From assembly GCA_904063045.1 (NCBI GenBank), contig CAJFCJ010000006.1:2346946-2410945 (forward strand): 64,000 nucleotides of DNA, read 5' to 3'. Both the position numbers and the translations under genes were made by a program. The notes beneath the pieces were generated by a model. That model ran no database searches, was not told the origin of the DNA, and saw only the letters and a list, made by a program, of their open reading frames with translations. Source of the stretch: Dimorphilus gyrociliatus. Lineage: Eukaryota; Animalia; Annelida. Below, one piece after another: positions 24,424-39,886 of this stretch (the first letter of the stretch is position 1; each line of letters starts with the position of its first letter).

Positions 24424-27017
24424 TCAAAAATGAGATAAAGTGCTTAGGGTAACTTTTGGAGGTCTTCCTCTCTTCGATTTATTGCGAGGTTCTGCGTGAT
24501 GTTTCGATCGTAAATGTCTATTAAGAATATATCGTTGAGTGAATTCTTTTCCGCAGAGTTCACATTCCAATTTATCGGGTTGTGCTCCGTGATGATGAAG
24601 AATAGAATGCATATTTAAATCATCAGTATCTTTACATTTATGACCACAATTTTCAAATTTGCATTTTAATTCTTTCTCTTGATGCGCTCTTTGATAATGT
24701 ATGGAAAAACTCAATCGATTATTGCAAACTTTGCCGCATTTATCGCAAAAGAATTCCGTAGGTGTTGACATTTTCTGATGTAGACAATTCTTGGCATTTT
24801 TTCTTAAATATACATCGCAAACGTTACAATAATGATCTTTTAATTCAGCTTTAAGGTCTTCCGGCATGGGTATCCGGTGCCTGTTGTACTGATGAGTTTT
24901 ATAATTAATATATTTTTGAAAGATTTGTTGGCATTCATTGCAAAAGTAAGGTTCAATGGCCATATCTCCGGACGGTAGGTGAAAACGATTTTCGTGAACG
25001 TATAATGAAATCTGAGAAAGATAGTGAAAGTATTTATAAAAAAAAAATTTATTTTGTAAATTAAAAATATAAACCTGATATTTAAAGATTTGCCCGCAGT
25101 CTTCACACATTAATTGATCGTCGAAAATTTCATCTTTGTGAATTTCTTTAACGTGAGCGTGCATATCTTTCTTCGATGTAAACAATTCATCACAAAATTT
25201 GCATAAAACATTGTTGTCGTGTTCGTCATGTTCCTCGGTAAGATGTTGTTCAACGTGACATTTCATTCCTATAAAATAACAACCATCTCTTGGACAAAAT
25301 CTTAGTGCTCGATGTGTCGGGTAGATTGGTCTAAATTGGTGCTTATTTATCATGTGAATAGTATAAAGAACTTCGCTATAAGAAGTAAATTCAGAGCAGT
25401 AGTTGCATTTAAGTAGGTATTCTTTTGAACACATGGTATTTTCGGTTTGGTCATGACCATGAACTTCACGAAAATGCTTGATTGCTTCGTTTTTATACAG
25501 CATCTATTTTAAATATATTAAAAATAGTACAAAAACCATAAATGAAAACATGCTCTATATTGTTTAAAAGAGGAAAAAACAGACCTTAACAGTTGAACAA
25601 CCGTAATAATCACAGGTAATCTTAGTTGGATGCTTTAAAGCGTAACGAGATATAACTTTACTGTGGCTCTCAAAGTGTTTTTGTGTTTGATTCAAGATGT
25701 ATTGATCACATTCTCCACAATACTTATCTTCCAAAAGCTCTCCAAGTTCATCGGGTAATTTTACTTTATGATCATTGTACATGTGAATATGTAGATTTTG
25801 TTCGGGTTCGTGAACGTTAAACTTTTTATAGCACATAGCACACGATATAGATTCGGGTATATCCTCTTTTTTAGCATTTATTAGGAAAGGATCCCCTTCT
25901 TCGTCATTCTCTTCTTCGACATTTCCCACTATGTCGACATCTTGGTCGTCATTAGCAATATTTCCATTATCATTTCTTATAGCATCAATGATACTCCTGT
26001 TTCTTGGATTTTTTTTGCAATATTTTAAATGCATATATATTAAATTAACTGTCTTTTGAGTAGCATTGCAAAATTTACATGTATATTTTGTTATTTTGCG
26101 TTTCATACCATCTTTTTCTACAATATATTCAACAGCTTTAAAACCTTTCTGTTGAATAATCCCTTCTTTTTGTTGCTTTAGTTGAGCTTTTTCACTGAGT
26201 TTAGGGGTCCATTTAAGCGAAACTTTACTTTTTTTCGTTGGTATAATAATAGACGAATCGCTTTCATCATCTTCGTTATCCTTTCTAAGAATTCTTTCCA
26301 ATTCAGTTTGAAATTCCATTTCACACTTCTCCGTTTCTTTGGCCTTTATAGTTTTACTATTTAAAGCCGATGAAGAAGCTTTTTTTGCAACTGCAATTTC
26401 TTTGTATATTGATTGATATTTTTTCTGTGTTTCCGTAACTTTTCTTGCAGTTAAATTTAAAAGACCTAAATGAATTTTAAATATTCTTTAATATTCTATA
26501 AATAGTATTTGATATTTTATTCTATCTAACCCGGTGCGTAATCATTCATAGATACGTAGATTATTTCAGATTCCGATTCGAATAATTCAGGACGTAATTT
26601 TTCTACTATGTTGTCTTCTTCTGGCTCATCGAAAAAACCGATTTCTTCTGGATCTTCATCAATCCAATTTCCTTTCGACATTTCGTCTGACAGTAAACTC
26701 AGGAAATTTTCTTTTACATCTATCTCCTGTAAAATTCTGTGTAACATTTTTGCATCTTTTTCCGTTCTTTTAAACTTTCCAGTGTAAAGAAAAGATAACA
26801 GATTTTCTAAATCACTTTGTGTGAGTAACAATTTATTAAGCGAAGTTTTCCATGTGTTCCCTTTGCAACAAACTCGAAAGACAATCGAATGACATAAGAC
26901 AGGCTTTTGGTCATCTGTCATTAAAACTAAATCGCAAAAATGGCCAATCTTTCGGAGTTTGGCAAATTCACCAAAGAACTGGTTGGCAAATTTCAAGCTG
27001 GGCTTGTCGAATGGCAT
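24424..27017 (-). CDS. BTB/POZ plus multiple C2H2 zinc-finger transcription factor (ZBTB-like), ~4 coding exons
   Basis: N-terminal BTB (GHFCDLVLM, HSIVF, LLSFLYTG) and many C2H2 fingers (e.g. CELCGKEFTQRYILNRHLRSKH). Confidence 0.85.
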
Positions 27018-27958
27018 CGCGAGCTGTATTATCGCTCAGCTCTCTAAGCTTACACTCATCCTTAGAGTTTATGCAAAAATTAAAATGCTATTATTATAAT
27101 TCCTTAAAGAAATTTGTAATCGACTACTGTGAGAATATTATTTAAAAGAAATCAAAAACGGATTCAATAATTCAATAGTTGTGGATAATATTGACTATTG
27201 TTGGAATCCATAAACTGTACGAGATCTATTCTTATACACTAGCGTAGTCCATAGAAAGCGCACTATTTTCATAGCAGATATTATAAGATTTATCTCCAAA
27301 TATCTGACATAGGCTTACATACTTTCTTTATATATAAATTCTAGTTAATAAAATAATACCCCTACGTTATTTAAACTTAAACGCCAGTATGTAAGCAATA
27401 TACAATATATACAAAATAGATAAATTCTTTAAAGATAAGTTGATAATATAGAAGAATAGTAGTATATGAATGTAAAAATACTATTAAAACTTTTAATGTA
27501 ATGTATTCATACAGAATTAAAAAGATAGATATATAACATCACCAAAAAATATTTGATATAAAACATAGAGCGATCTAAGCTTTTGATAGAAATTAAGTAA
27601 TAAATATATAATATAAGCTTTATATAACTTATATCTATTCAATGTGTCTATACTATATATATAGCATATGTATATATATATGTATACTGTGCATTATACT
27701 ATAGATATTTATATATTGACATGATTTATGCAAGAAAAAGGAAAAGATATAGCAAAAATAGAACAAATAAAGCAAGTGGAAATGCGTGGAAGGCCCTTTC
27801 TTTCTTTCCTTCTTTCTTTGCAATGAAGACTATCTTGAGGTATAATTTCTTATGGAAGAAATGTAAAGAGTAGTCGATAAATTGCTGTTCTATAGTTTTA
27901 AGAGTAAATAATGAAGAGATATAATTCATGTAAAGCGTTTAAACAAAGTTTTGTCTAT

Positions 27959-29288
27959 TTAGTTTTCAGCAGCTGAGTACAATGGGTTTTGTCGCGTTTC
28001 ACCAGGTACCATTGGTCTTCTGAACTCTTTACCCTTATCATCTTCTTCTTCAAGGTTGGCGTTGACATCACTTACGTCGTGAACAAATGATGTACTCACT
28101 CTATTGGATTTTTTATCCTCTGGTATCCTCGTCAGATCTAAGGGATCCACAGTTGAATGAGTTTTTCCATTTGGAATATACTCTTGAGCATTTGGTACAC
28201 CGGATGCACTAAGGATTTCGGGAGACGGAGGCGTATGACCAGTTCCAATTACTATAGGAACTTTCATTATTATTCCTTTACTTGACGCAATATCGACAAT
28301 AAACTGTAAGTCGTAACTTATGTCAATGATATCACAACCATCCAATCTGGATTCTGGAATATACGGCGGAATGGTTAGTCTAACGTTTGTCCACTTTCGG
28401 GCTTCTCCAGCTTCCAAAGACCATTCGTCACGTCTCTTATTAACAACTTGAACATTGGTTTGGTGCTAAATGGATATTTGTTTAATAAAGATAACATTTA
28501 TCAAATAGTTGGGTGACAAACCTGATGCTTCGCATTAAACCGACTATTCATCACTAGAGCAGCTTGAACGCCTCGAACATCTCTCGGTGAATTGTTAGCA
28601 ATATGAGCATTGATATAAATATCCTCCCCAGGAAAATGGCCCGTTTTATTAATACCAATTGTAGCTGACACTTTACCATTAATGCAAAAAGCAAAAGTAC
28701 CAAAGAATCTCTTTTCTTGCTTTATAGTCTTCTGCTTTGACAAAGATTCCTCGCTATTTATGTCCAAATGTCTGTAAAAAATAAATTTGTATACGTTAAT
28801 AATTAATGGATTTATATGAATAATTACCTCAACACAAGAAAAGGTTCCGATGTTATTGTTGTGCTCATGCCCATCTGTTTATCTTCTTTTAGAGTGGCTT
28901 TCACAACGTAAGTTATAGAACCATATTTTCCTATAAATGAAGATGGCAAATTCAACGGCAAAACGTACTCCAACGGAAATTTATGTTTTCCTTTTTGTAG
29001 GGCCAACGGAATACCTGGGGTGGTTTTTGTGACGTCGTATGTTAAATCAATATAGACCTCATCGGCCCTTACAGTTTCTCGAGACGAATCTTCCCAAGAG
29101 ACGCTGGCTTCACCTTTGATTTGAACTGTAATCGACTTAACCTTAATTGTGTCAGTTAGGACGAGTAAAATATGTCCACGTAAAGCTTCACCAGGAACAT
29201 ATTGATATTGTTCATCAATGTCATGGTCTAGATTAATGTCAAAACGATCTATAACTTTCTTTTTGGTAGAATCTTTTGTGAAGGCCAT
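27959..29288 (-). CDS. Arrestin-domain-containing protein (alpha-arrestin), 3 coding exons
   Basis: YVPGEALRGHI, IKGEASVSW, GKHKFPLEYVLPLNLPSSFIGKYGSITYVVKATL, IDISYDLQF and VPIVIGT match Arrestin_N/C. Confidence 0.88.
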
Positions 29289-30360
29289 GATTTACTTTTC
29301 TTTAATCCTTTAAAATAAAAAATAAAAAAGAACTAGGTCAGTATGCCTAAAAACTAAACTTTTCATATTCCCTCATAGATAATGACCCATAACCAACGAA
29401 CTTAATAATCCTTAGCAATCTTATATTACACAAAGAACTCTTTTTTCTTATTCCATTTTATTAAATATACATTTAAAAATATATTATCTCTAAATCTAAA
29501 TATTCAATTATTTTGACAATGAAAATGAAAAAATAACATAATCATATCAAAATTATATATAAATATTAATTTTCTAACAATTTTAAAACCCTGTTCACGT
29601 ATTTTATCTTGTACATAGAATATTGATAAATTTATTAAATGGCCTATCCCTTTAAGTCAGCAGAAATGAATTTTTAGACGCTGACGATATAAACGTAATA
29701 TTTAATGAATAATGAATAAGTTTATATAAATATTACATATAAAATGAAGAGAACTAGAAGAGAAAATAAAAAACTGGGTTGGGTTAGCTAAATTAGAAAA
29801 GAAATGATTATCTTTATCAAAACGAGACGGAATAAGTTAATTCGTCTCTTAAATATTTTGATGTTGATAATAGAGGCAGAGAGGAGAGAGAGAGAGAGTT
29901 TAAAATCGGATTTAAATCATATTTTTTTTATTTATATATTTATAAAGTTATTGTAAAAATGTATTAATTTATAATTACCTTCGTTTAGAAATATAGCCTT
30001 ATTTAGTAAGAATTTAACTCAATTACTTGAGTGTAAATGAAGAATTTGTTTTTTTTTAGAGTTTTATTTTCGACTTTGTTTCAACTCCTTGAAAATCTAC
30101 TACACACACATCATGACTATAGCATGCCGAATAAACATGGCGAAAGGTCCACACCCGCTATCAATATATATCAAAATGTTATAGAGAAAATAGAATGGGT
30201 TAAGTCATTTTTGCACAAAAATCGGCCAATTTTATTGAACGGGGGCCACTGTCTCAGATCATTCATATTAAAAAAGGTTGAAGGGTGGGGGGAATAAAGG
30301 TTTATAGGCAGAGTAGAGATTTCAATGCAAATTTTTTTTACTTTTCTTCCCTGGCGCTCT

Positions 30361-33300
30361 CTAGCGTGTTTTCGGAACAAATCTCTCTTGCAATTGAGCT
30401 TTTAGATCATTATTAACGGTTCTTAAAGATCTCGACAATGAATATAAGTATTGAATGATCATTCTGAAAATATAATATTCATTAGCGAAATGTTAATAAA
30501 TTGAATGGTAAAACTAACATCAGTAAGACAATTAAAGGGCAGATTATCCCTGGTGATGCTATATAATCTAGAATTTTCGTTATAAACTCGGGGAATTCTT
30601 TAACTATTGTTGAAGTCAGAACGTAGTAAGATCTCTCATAATCACTACAAAAGGGAGCCATTAAAGATATGTTATTATGTCGTTGGGGAGAATTTACAAC
30701 CTTAGTGGGCCACAATCTGGAGATGGTCTTAATTGAACGAGTAAGAAGGCTACTGGTAAACAAACCAGAAACAACATAATCAGTAGTAAGACAAAGTAAA
30801 AGTTATTGGATTTGGAAACTTTGAAAACCCTTTCCAAGGGTATATTACAAACTAGAACAGCCCATGAACGAACGTAGAAGAGAATAACTATCTTAATTAA
30901 GTTTCCAACAGCCAGGAGAGGGGCAAAGAACATTCCCATCCTGTATATGATCAGTCATGAACGTTACACGGAAATTCTCTATTCATATGATAATCTTACC
31001 AAATCATTGCCTGATTATAGATTAAATGCAGTATATTTTCAGCTAACTTAAATTCGCCATACTCCGGCTGGAAGATTAAATAATTTGCCTTTATTACTAG
31101 ACAATACAAACTAACGAAGATATGAAAATTACTAACAAACTTCTTTTCCAAATCCCAACAACATGAACCATTTGCATATCTAACGATAAGATCTCGGAGA
31201 AAATCAATAACGAAGATCATACCAAGTGTAATAAAAAGATCAAAAACCGTTAATTTAAAAAACTCTTGACCAACCATAGTTTCCCAACAAATGAGTTTTG
31301 ATTTATCTTCTCTTAAAGTTGTTGTTTCATTAAAAGAACTCGTTGGTGAGACTCTATTTGCGAAATCATCTCTCTATTCAAGGATACGAGAGTGTGTTAA
31401 TTCATATATATTATATATGTATATGTTATATAAATATTTATGGTAATGTGTTGACACAAACCTTATTAACTATTTTACCATAGAGAGCGACCGTCAGTGT
31501 ATATAAATTTAGTAGATATAACACTAATATCCTCGCTAAAGACCATCTCAAATTGATTCTTGGATGGTACTTTTCAATCATTCCCAAAATTTCAAAAATT
31601 GATGGAAAAAGCGCGGTAATTAGAGACATAACAATCGATACCTAAGAATCAAAGATTCTTAATTAGTATACTAAATATAATAGCTAGATTTTTACCTCAT
31701 TTTGTTGCCACCAATTAACTTCTACGCCATTTTCTTTATCCTTTTCAAATTGTCTTGATCTTTCAACAACAAGATAGATTGCGTAAGCGCTTGATGCCAA
31801 AACTAAAACTACAATAAAGTTTGCCCAGATCCTTAACAATATTAGAATACCCCTGTATTTTGTTTAAATAGTTAATTTTAACACTTTAAAATCTATTAAT
31901 CAAAATTGAAATTATTACTTTCTTTCACTTCTCTGCCTCTCCTTTTCTTCTATTATTGTCTCCTTTTTTTTATATTTATTTCAAATATTGATCAGTTAAT
32001 TAATTATATTGAATAAATTTGCTTATTACCCTAAGAACAGTTACTATTTCAGCCGTTTTATTCTTGGCAGTCTCGGCATTTCCAATTGTGTAGTCCCAAG
32101 ATGCGAATGCCTTCCAGGTGAAGTTTAATTGGCCAATGCTGGTATAATTTCTGCTTAGACTGGCATTTGAAGACATCCTGAACATTGCAGAGTATTCTTA
32201 ATGATAGTTTTAATTATGTTTTTAATTTACAAACTTTAATAGAACAACAACGAAACTTAGAACAAAAATTGATATTCCAGTGAGAAAATAGGCCAAAGGG
32301 CCTCGGTAGAACCCGCCTACCATTTCAGTATTTCCGTAATAGCCGTAAAATAATGGCGAATACTTTAAATATCCTTCAAAATCCCAGATACTTGCCAAAT
32401 CCAAAGCCTGATCTTTCTCTTCTGGTGGAACAGTCTTTAGTGCTGTACCTTGATCTTCACCAACGATTATCTTATAACGTAAAAGGAATAGACGAAGGAT
32501 ATAAAGTTATTATGAGAAAGGCATACTTCAGGAACAACTATAAAGCTTATTGTAACAACTGCAAACATGAAATTAACCCAGAATAGCCACCTCGCAAAAG
32601 TAAAATAGGATGCGACAACAGAACCAAAGTGACCTAAAGGGATATTATAAACAATACTAGTTTTCAGAATATCCACACATTAAAAAATATGAATAACAAA
32701 CTTTCTATTGTTTTGATCCTCATTTCCCAAGGTATGAAGATGACTATGATATTGCTCATAATTCTCTTGATTCGATGCCATATCTGATTGAAATAAATAA
32801 ACAATGTCGACCTACATGAATCATAACCAATAAAATATGAATGATAAACTGTCCGTATACTCTTTCATCGACTATGCACATATCAAATATCCGATAGTGT
32901 AAACGGAGCTAGAGCTTCAACAAACAAGACGATGATTTTGTTTGTCAGCACTCTGGTGTGTTGCTTAAGCTTACAATTTTTTGCATTAAATCAATTTACC
33001 ATGAAAAACAATACATGAAAAAGCGATTTAGATTCATGAATAAATACATTCTAATACTATAAAATCAACCTTTGCTCCAGCTTCCTGATATCCGTGACTT
33101 TTGGAAAGTTTGCCCTCATATCTTTCAACATAGGACTTGGCTAATCTGAATTTTTAAATTAGATTGTCTAATCAATATATTAATATATTTTAAGTATAAC
33201 AATCATAAGATTCTTACTTGACCGTTTGATATTTTTTAACTAGTTGCCATGGTTCAGATCTTACACTACTAATAATTTCCTTCTGCAATTGAATATTCTC

Positions 33301-33851
33301 GAATATCTGTGATTCATCCAGTTGTTGTCTTTCTTCGTTATACATTTCTAGGCAGGAATCCTTATCTTCCACAGCAACTTTCTTCGATCTTCTCCTTTTC
33401 ATCTTTTTAATTATATTTAAAATCAATTAATTTATATATTTTTGAAAGAAAAGAAAATCTTATGTTTTACTTTGAAAGATCTCCTTTTTCCGTTTATCAT
33501 TTTTGCGATTGAATTTAATAAATCGACATTTTCATGTAAATTTAAAGAAGATGGCTGTTTATCCTTCCCATCTTCGTTTGTATTTGTTTGAACAATAATT
33601 TCAGGTAGTTCTTCATCAGGTTGATCCGCTTCGTCTTTTTCTTCTCCTTTTCCGTCGATATCTTTTATTTCTATAAATTCTCTTTCATTTTTAGTTTGTT
33701 TATCGTCATTACTTTCTCTATTTTCCACAATAGGACATAGATTTGATACAACTTTTATTTTGGAGTCTTTTACTTGCTGATCTTCATCGGTCCAATCATC
33801 ACTTTCATCATCGTAATCAATTTCCGGCTCTGGAAGTTTGTCCATATTCAT
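30361..33851 (-). CDS. TMC: Transmembrane channel-like protein (TMC1-3 type), multi-exon; 5' end uncertain
   Basis: [70 protein letters not shown] and PSPDCGP are TMC motifs. Last exon ends VPKTR*. Confidence 0.9.
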
Positions 33852-34739
33852 TTGTTTAATAATTTCTAAATATATGAACCAAGCATAGTATCTATAAGCA
33901 CTGCTTTTAGAAGTTGTTCATATGTTCAAATGGAAGAGAAGATAGATAACGGGTGTGGCGGTCTATTTCCTCAATGATTGTATAGCTTCCATGAACTGGG
34001 ACTCAAACTAATTGATGGACAATCCACTTTGAGCTAATGCGTATAGTTTTAACAAACAATCCCGAATGATCACGTGATTTATCCGCCATTCAGAAAACTC
34101 ATCGTAAATCCCATTTCTTAATGATTATGTATTTCTACACAACAAAATAAAAAATTCAGCACAATAAAAAGGGGAAAAGAAAGATTTTCCTTGCGATTTT
34201 TGTATTTCAGAGAAGAGAACGAATGCAAAGTATATATTTGAATACATAGAAAACAAAAACAAAAACGACAAAACAACTTAATCTTAAAGAGAAAGAGAGA
34301 TAGATAGATAGAGAAAAAAACGGACGAATAAAAGGTAGAATAAAATTTAAAATAAAAAGTATAACTGAGAGAATGAGACAGATTTCTTCAAATTAATTGT
34401 CATGGAAGGGTTCGGATTCGATAAAACTTAGTTTTGTTTTTTCGTTTCTTGGGAGACATCATATGAACCTTTTAAGTCTTCAGTAATAAAAGTCATTTTA
34501 AATAGACAAACTATTTAGGGAGAAAGACAACACAAGAAAAAAGATAGGAAAAACCTACAGTTATAACTTAAACAGGTTCGGCGTCTTTCTCCTAGTCGAG
34601 TAAAAATTCATATTTAAAAGGAGTTTATATCCTCGCGTTGAGTAATCTCATTAATAAGAAAGATAAGATATATATATATAAGAGATAAATAGATTAAATA
34701 TATAGTTAGAGAGGAGCGAAGAGAATTTAGTAAAGAATC

Positions 34740-37700
34740 TTAATTCTTCTTGTTAATTAAGGGACTTTGGTAGGCTTTAGTATAGAGGGGAACGCGTTGA
34801 TATCCGGCTTGTGATGGAGAAGGCCTGAGCGTTATATCGATGTTGTTAAGTTTTTCCGCAGACATAGGAGTTAATTTAGTGTCCATTGTATCAACTGAAG
34901 GAAGTGCCAATTGTTGTTCAGCTAAAGTCTTCCTTAAGGTTCTTCGACGCTTTTTTTATTATTTAAGCAGTATTATATAATCAAGAATAATATCATAAAA
35001 CAAATACTACCTCGATATTACTACGCCATCTATTGGCTGCGGTCTTCGCTAATTCTAGTTCCTTTTCCTTTAATCCTCGATGTCGTTTATACGCCATCTC
35101 AATAATAATAAGGAAAACTCCGGCAACTATACCACCAGCTACCATCATAAAAACACCAGCCATATTGGTCAATCCTAGAGTAGCTGGCGATTGATCTTTC
35201 TCAACACAATTTGTGTCCTTTACGAGAATCCATTTGCCATCCAATTGTTCCATTTCCCCTTCTGGTTATGTCCATGTAGAAGAAAATAAAAGAAATTGAT
35301 AGAAATGTTTGTTGAATGAAATTCTTAATACAAACTTTCGTGAAAGCTTAAAATAGCCAATGATATAGTTTCTGTCCAGGGGCTGTCCTTAGGAAGCCCA
35401 ATTCCGTATCCTGATCTTCCGAAAAGCTCTCCAGCCGTGACTAAATCACAATGTTTAGCTTCTTCAAATTCGAGTCTGGATGAGTCCCAAATAAATGCTT
35501 GCAACTTGCTATAAATAAATGGAAAAAATCAGGGATATTCAATGTAAAACAATATAAATAAGGCTATGTATAATAACGAACTCGTTAATCACGTCTCTTA
35601 TAGCGTCTTCTGGTTCGTAGTAATTAAGTTGCTCCATTGTTCTATACATTGTTGACAGTTCTACCTGACGCTTAAAATACATGGCAACAGCACTGTTTTT
35701 TACTGTAGCATAACGAAATTTTTCTTGTGGATTCCTCAAGCGGGCGTCGTCTATACCAGATATTGCTGCTTCCGGCCTGTCCAACACGAGAAAGGCAGCT
35801 AAGTTGGCAGTATATGAAGCAACTATAATCATAGCAAAACCAGCCCAGACCATACCCAGGACCCTAGCACTAAAGCTTCTTGGAGTCCCTTCTCCAATTC
35901 CAGAATTCAACAATACACCCCAGGCAAACCACATAGCGCTGGAAAGATTAAGAGCATCTTCTTCTGTATCGTCATTTTTGGCCAACTTAAAGCGGCCAAA
36001 CGGAGAAAACCGATCTAGTAGATATAAAACAAGTGCAACCACGTGAACAGAAAGTCCTACCAAAACCCATAAAGTATCCCGAAAAGGTTGAAGAAATGAG
36101 CCCAAACTTGAGTCTTTCTCATTCTAAGTAAAAGTAAAATATTAGATTATTTATGGATTAGATTAACAAAATCTTATAATTAATCAATATTACTTTTTTG
36201 ACTAAAATAGTTAATCCTTGATATTTGAAAGGTTTTGAAAAGTCAATGTGTTCCGCTCTTTCAGGATTTATTGTTAAAGGAGCGACAATCATATCAGCCA
36301 CATTATCTATGAGTTCTCCAATCATACCATTCCATTTTTTCGATGACCCATTTCTCTGATAGAATAAATAAATATTTGCGAAAGTGATTGGATTCAATGG
36401 TAAATCTTTACCTTTTCGTAGTTTCCGAATTGTCCATCACCCACCAAGTGTAGGTCATACGTGAAATTTGTTTCAGCTGCCAAAGCTATAAGCATGTCAA
36501 TAGCATAGCCATAGCAACAATGTTCTATAATCTCTCCCGAGTAATTTCGAGGGCACGGAACCCTTTGAACACTCTTTTTACAATCAGCGGTCGACACGTT
36601 CTCTACATACACGAATGGTATTTCCTTAATTGTAACGACATGAAGATGAGTTGCTATTCTTATCCCTTTTGGTTTCTCTTTTGCCGCTCCTAGCCATTGT
36701 ATCTTACTCAATGATATATTAACTTTTGCATCCACCGGTTTGGAACCATCGTGTAATCCAACTTTAACCAATTTTCCTGAAGATTGAACATTCATTATTT
36801 CATAGGTTGCATCAATTCTATCCCCCATAAAATTGAAGCGAACGTTTCCCGTTTCACCATCGTCTAATACTGTATCTCTGAGTCGACTAAAAAAACAATG
36901 AAAGTAGACAACATTTAGTTAACGTCTTAAGGAAAAGGCTTTTTAAAACTACTTGAATAAAATCTCTGATTGTTTCTCCCATTCATGCGACGATTCAACG
37001 TCACAGTTACCGGAAGTTAAAGGCTTTGAACATGAGTATTTGTTTTCAGTCGAATTTTTACACAGTCCTCGAAGAGCTTTCTTAACAACAAATACAGCAT
37101 CTTGAATATGCTCCTCAACATGGGAACCTTTTGACAATTGAAGTCCTAGAACACCTATACAATAAAGATTAAACATTTAAATACTCTTTACGATTATTTA
37201 ATAAAAATAAAGCTTATACCATCAGGAACTTTTGATGAACGTAAAGATTGTTCCGTAACAATCCATCCATAGCCCTCTTCTAGTAATTTTAATCTTTTAG
37301 CATCTTCAAAGATGACATCAGCATCATCTTTTCTAATAATATAGAAAGGAAATATCAGCCAAAGGAAATGAGGAAATAAAGACAACTTACGTTGCATAAA
37401 GAATAAATATTCTTGACTTTTTCAAATGCAGTTCTTGTAATTTGTCCGTATAGTTTGATAATCCAGCATTATATTCCATTATTTGTTCCAGCTATTATAA
37501 AGATTATACTTAATTTCTTAACAAATAAAGATTGAATATTACAAACTTCTATATCATGTTTTTCTGCTTTTGCCACAAATTTTCCAAATACTGCTCTTCC
37601 ATCTGGATCTGAACTATGTATGAATATAACATGTGTCCATTTAAAATATAATAAAAGATCTGTCCAAGCTTGAGCTTGGTCTGACCAAGGAGACATAGTT

Positions 37701-38297
37701 CTCATAAACCAACCATGAGTATTCTAGAAAAAATGATATTACTTATTTTAAGTATCAGAAAGAAGTGTTCAATTTCCCTAAATTAATACCAACTTTATCG
37801 GAGAATACGTTATCTCTTACTGAAACTCCAATTACTGGGATAAATTTGGATCCACATGTGTATGATACTGCCATTGCTGCAATATCATTATTGGGAAAAC
37901 TACTCGTAATAACCACAGAAACCTAAGTGGAGAATCAAATTATTGTATATACTAATTAACAAGTATGGAAAGCATAGGGATAGAATATCAATATAGTAAT
38001 TGTATTTCATTTCATACGTACATTTTTAGATATTAAATTTTCGCAAACCAACTTGGCGGCTGCCATCGGATTTGGAACCAAACGATGGGCTGTATATGCT
38101 AATTTTGGGCATGAAATATGCTTCCCACAATCTTTAGGGCTGAGAATTTTTTTGTCCTCTAAGGCTTCTGTAAAGGATGTCAGTTCTTCTTCCTTTGCAT
38201 ACATGAAACCTACATTAAAGGTATTTTTTTCTTCAGCTCTAGATCCTATAGACAATAATAGTAGAAGTGTTGAGAGCGTCAGAGCGAAAAGCATCAT
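34740..38297 (-). CDS. GRIN1: NMDA receptor subunit NR1
   Basis: Signal peptide, [16 protein letters not shown], pore [12 protein letters not shown] (N site retained), SYTANLAAF and [11 protein letters not shown]. Last exon RRRTLRK...INKKN*. Confidence 0.96.
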
Positions 38298-38653
38298 TTT
38301 TATAGATCTTTATCAAGTGATGGTTGAAAATAACTGTTACAGTCTCATTTAGGCAATCAGAAGATGTAAGGGTGTAAAGATGCTTATTATAAATTAGAGA
38401 TGTTTTTTTATATTTCAATGCCTCCTATCAAATATCTCGTCAATCAAAATAATGAGAAATATAACAATTTTGCTTTAGCAATTCTCTTCGAATATTAATT
38501 CATAACTTCCGATTAAGGATATTTTCGAATGGCGATAGGTTTTTACTATTTTATGATTTATTTATCTAATAAGAAGATTTAGTGTGTAACTAGTAGCTCA
38601 TTTTAAATATTTCTATAAAAAGTATACGAAGACAGCTTATAACGTAAACAAAC

Positions 38654-39886
38654 ATGGCGGATCCAGCACAAAATGAATTTATACAACAAGCTATCAAACT
38701 CACACAAAGCTTACGATATTCTCTGTCAAAAACATTGGAAAGGGTTGCTCACCCAGCGGATGAGAGCAAGGAGGAAAATGAAGGCGACTATATAAATTCT
38801 GTAAAGGAAGGATTGATCTCTATTTCTCAGGAGATTGAGTGAGTCTCTTAATATCGCCCTTCTAAATGCATTCACATTTCTGTTAAAATAGAGACTTGGA
38901 AAAACTTGCAACTAAACTAAAACCTATAAATGGAGTTTATGCATTAGGAAGTACCCTAGCATTCGGTTTGGACAGTTCACAAGAAAAAAATAAACACTAT
39001 CAAGAGCTTAACAAAAGTTATAGATACTTACAGAAGGTAATATTCTTTTACACTTATTTGATAGCATTTAGCATTAACAATTCTGGTTTTCAAAATTTAA
39101 AAGAAAGATAATACAGTGACTTTTTAATTTTTTATTTAGGTAAATATACACTCAAACACATCTTGGCAACATCTTCAACAAAATATGGGACAACACCGAA
39201 GAAATTATGTCCCAAAAAAGAAAAAAGTTCATCAGCTGGCTACAAATCGACAGTAAGTTCATATATCATGCAATTTACATATATTTCTCGACACTTTACA
39301 AATTCTACCATTTGATCCCAATCTTTCAATATTTATTGAAATTTTCTGAATTTCTCCCTGGAAGAGGGAAATCTTTTCTATACGTATTAATCACTAAATC
39401 AACCTTATGCTTTATTAAATTCATTTCAGTGAAAATTTATCCGTCATTGTTGCCACTGTCCAAAGAAATCTGCCGCATACTGCTTTAAGTGCAACAAAGA
39501 CAGCAGATAATTTTAACGTTATCCAAATGACTCAAGGAAAAGTATTCAAAGCTGCGATTGCCCTTCGTGGAACAAATATTGAATGGATTGTTGTTAAAGC
39601 TTCCAATGAAAAATTACATAACGAAAATGGCGAATTAGATATGTGGGGGCAGTCCAAATACGAGGTGTTTAGAAAGATAACCGAGCAAGCGGAAATTGCT
39701 GCAAATATGATGTCCGCTAATGCAAATGAAATTGCACTACAGCACTTATTAAAGTGGCTCCATGGTTACCATAATATTTTTACGGCCAAATGCTCTAAAT
39801 GTTCTAAGCATTTAAAACAGATGCTACCACCAGTTATTCGAGAATTTCGTTCTAATGATATATTCCATGAACAATGTAGAGCTTAA
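38654..39886 (+). CDS. MED27: Mediator complex subunit 27 (4 exons)
   Basis: YEVFRKITEQA and KWLHGYHNIFTAKCSKCSKHLKQMLPPVIREFR...FHEQC match the MED27 C-terminus. Confidence 0.88.

Noticed and set aside
31374-31387. GTATCCTT / TCCTTGAAT resembling U12 intron signals in TMC
   Set aside because: It lies at the 3' end of an intron with an ordinary GT donor and is too close to the AG for a U12 branch point.
39207-39488. 93-aa ORF inside MED27
   Set aside because: It reads from a real exon through an intron; splicing explains it.
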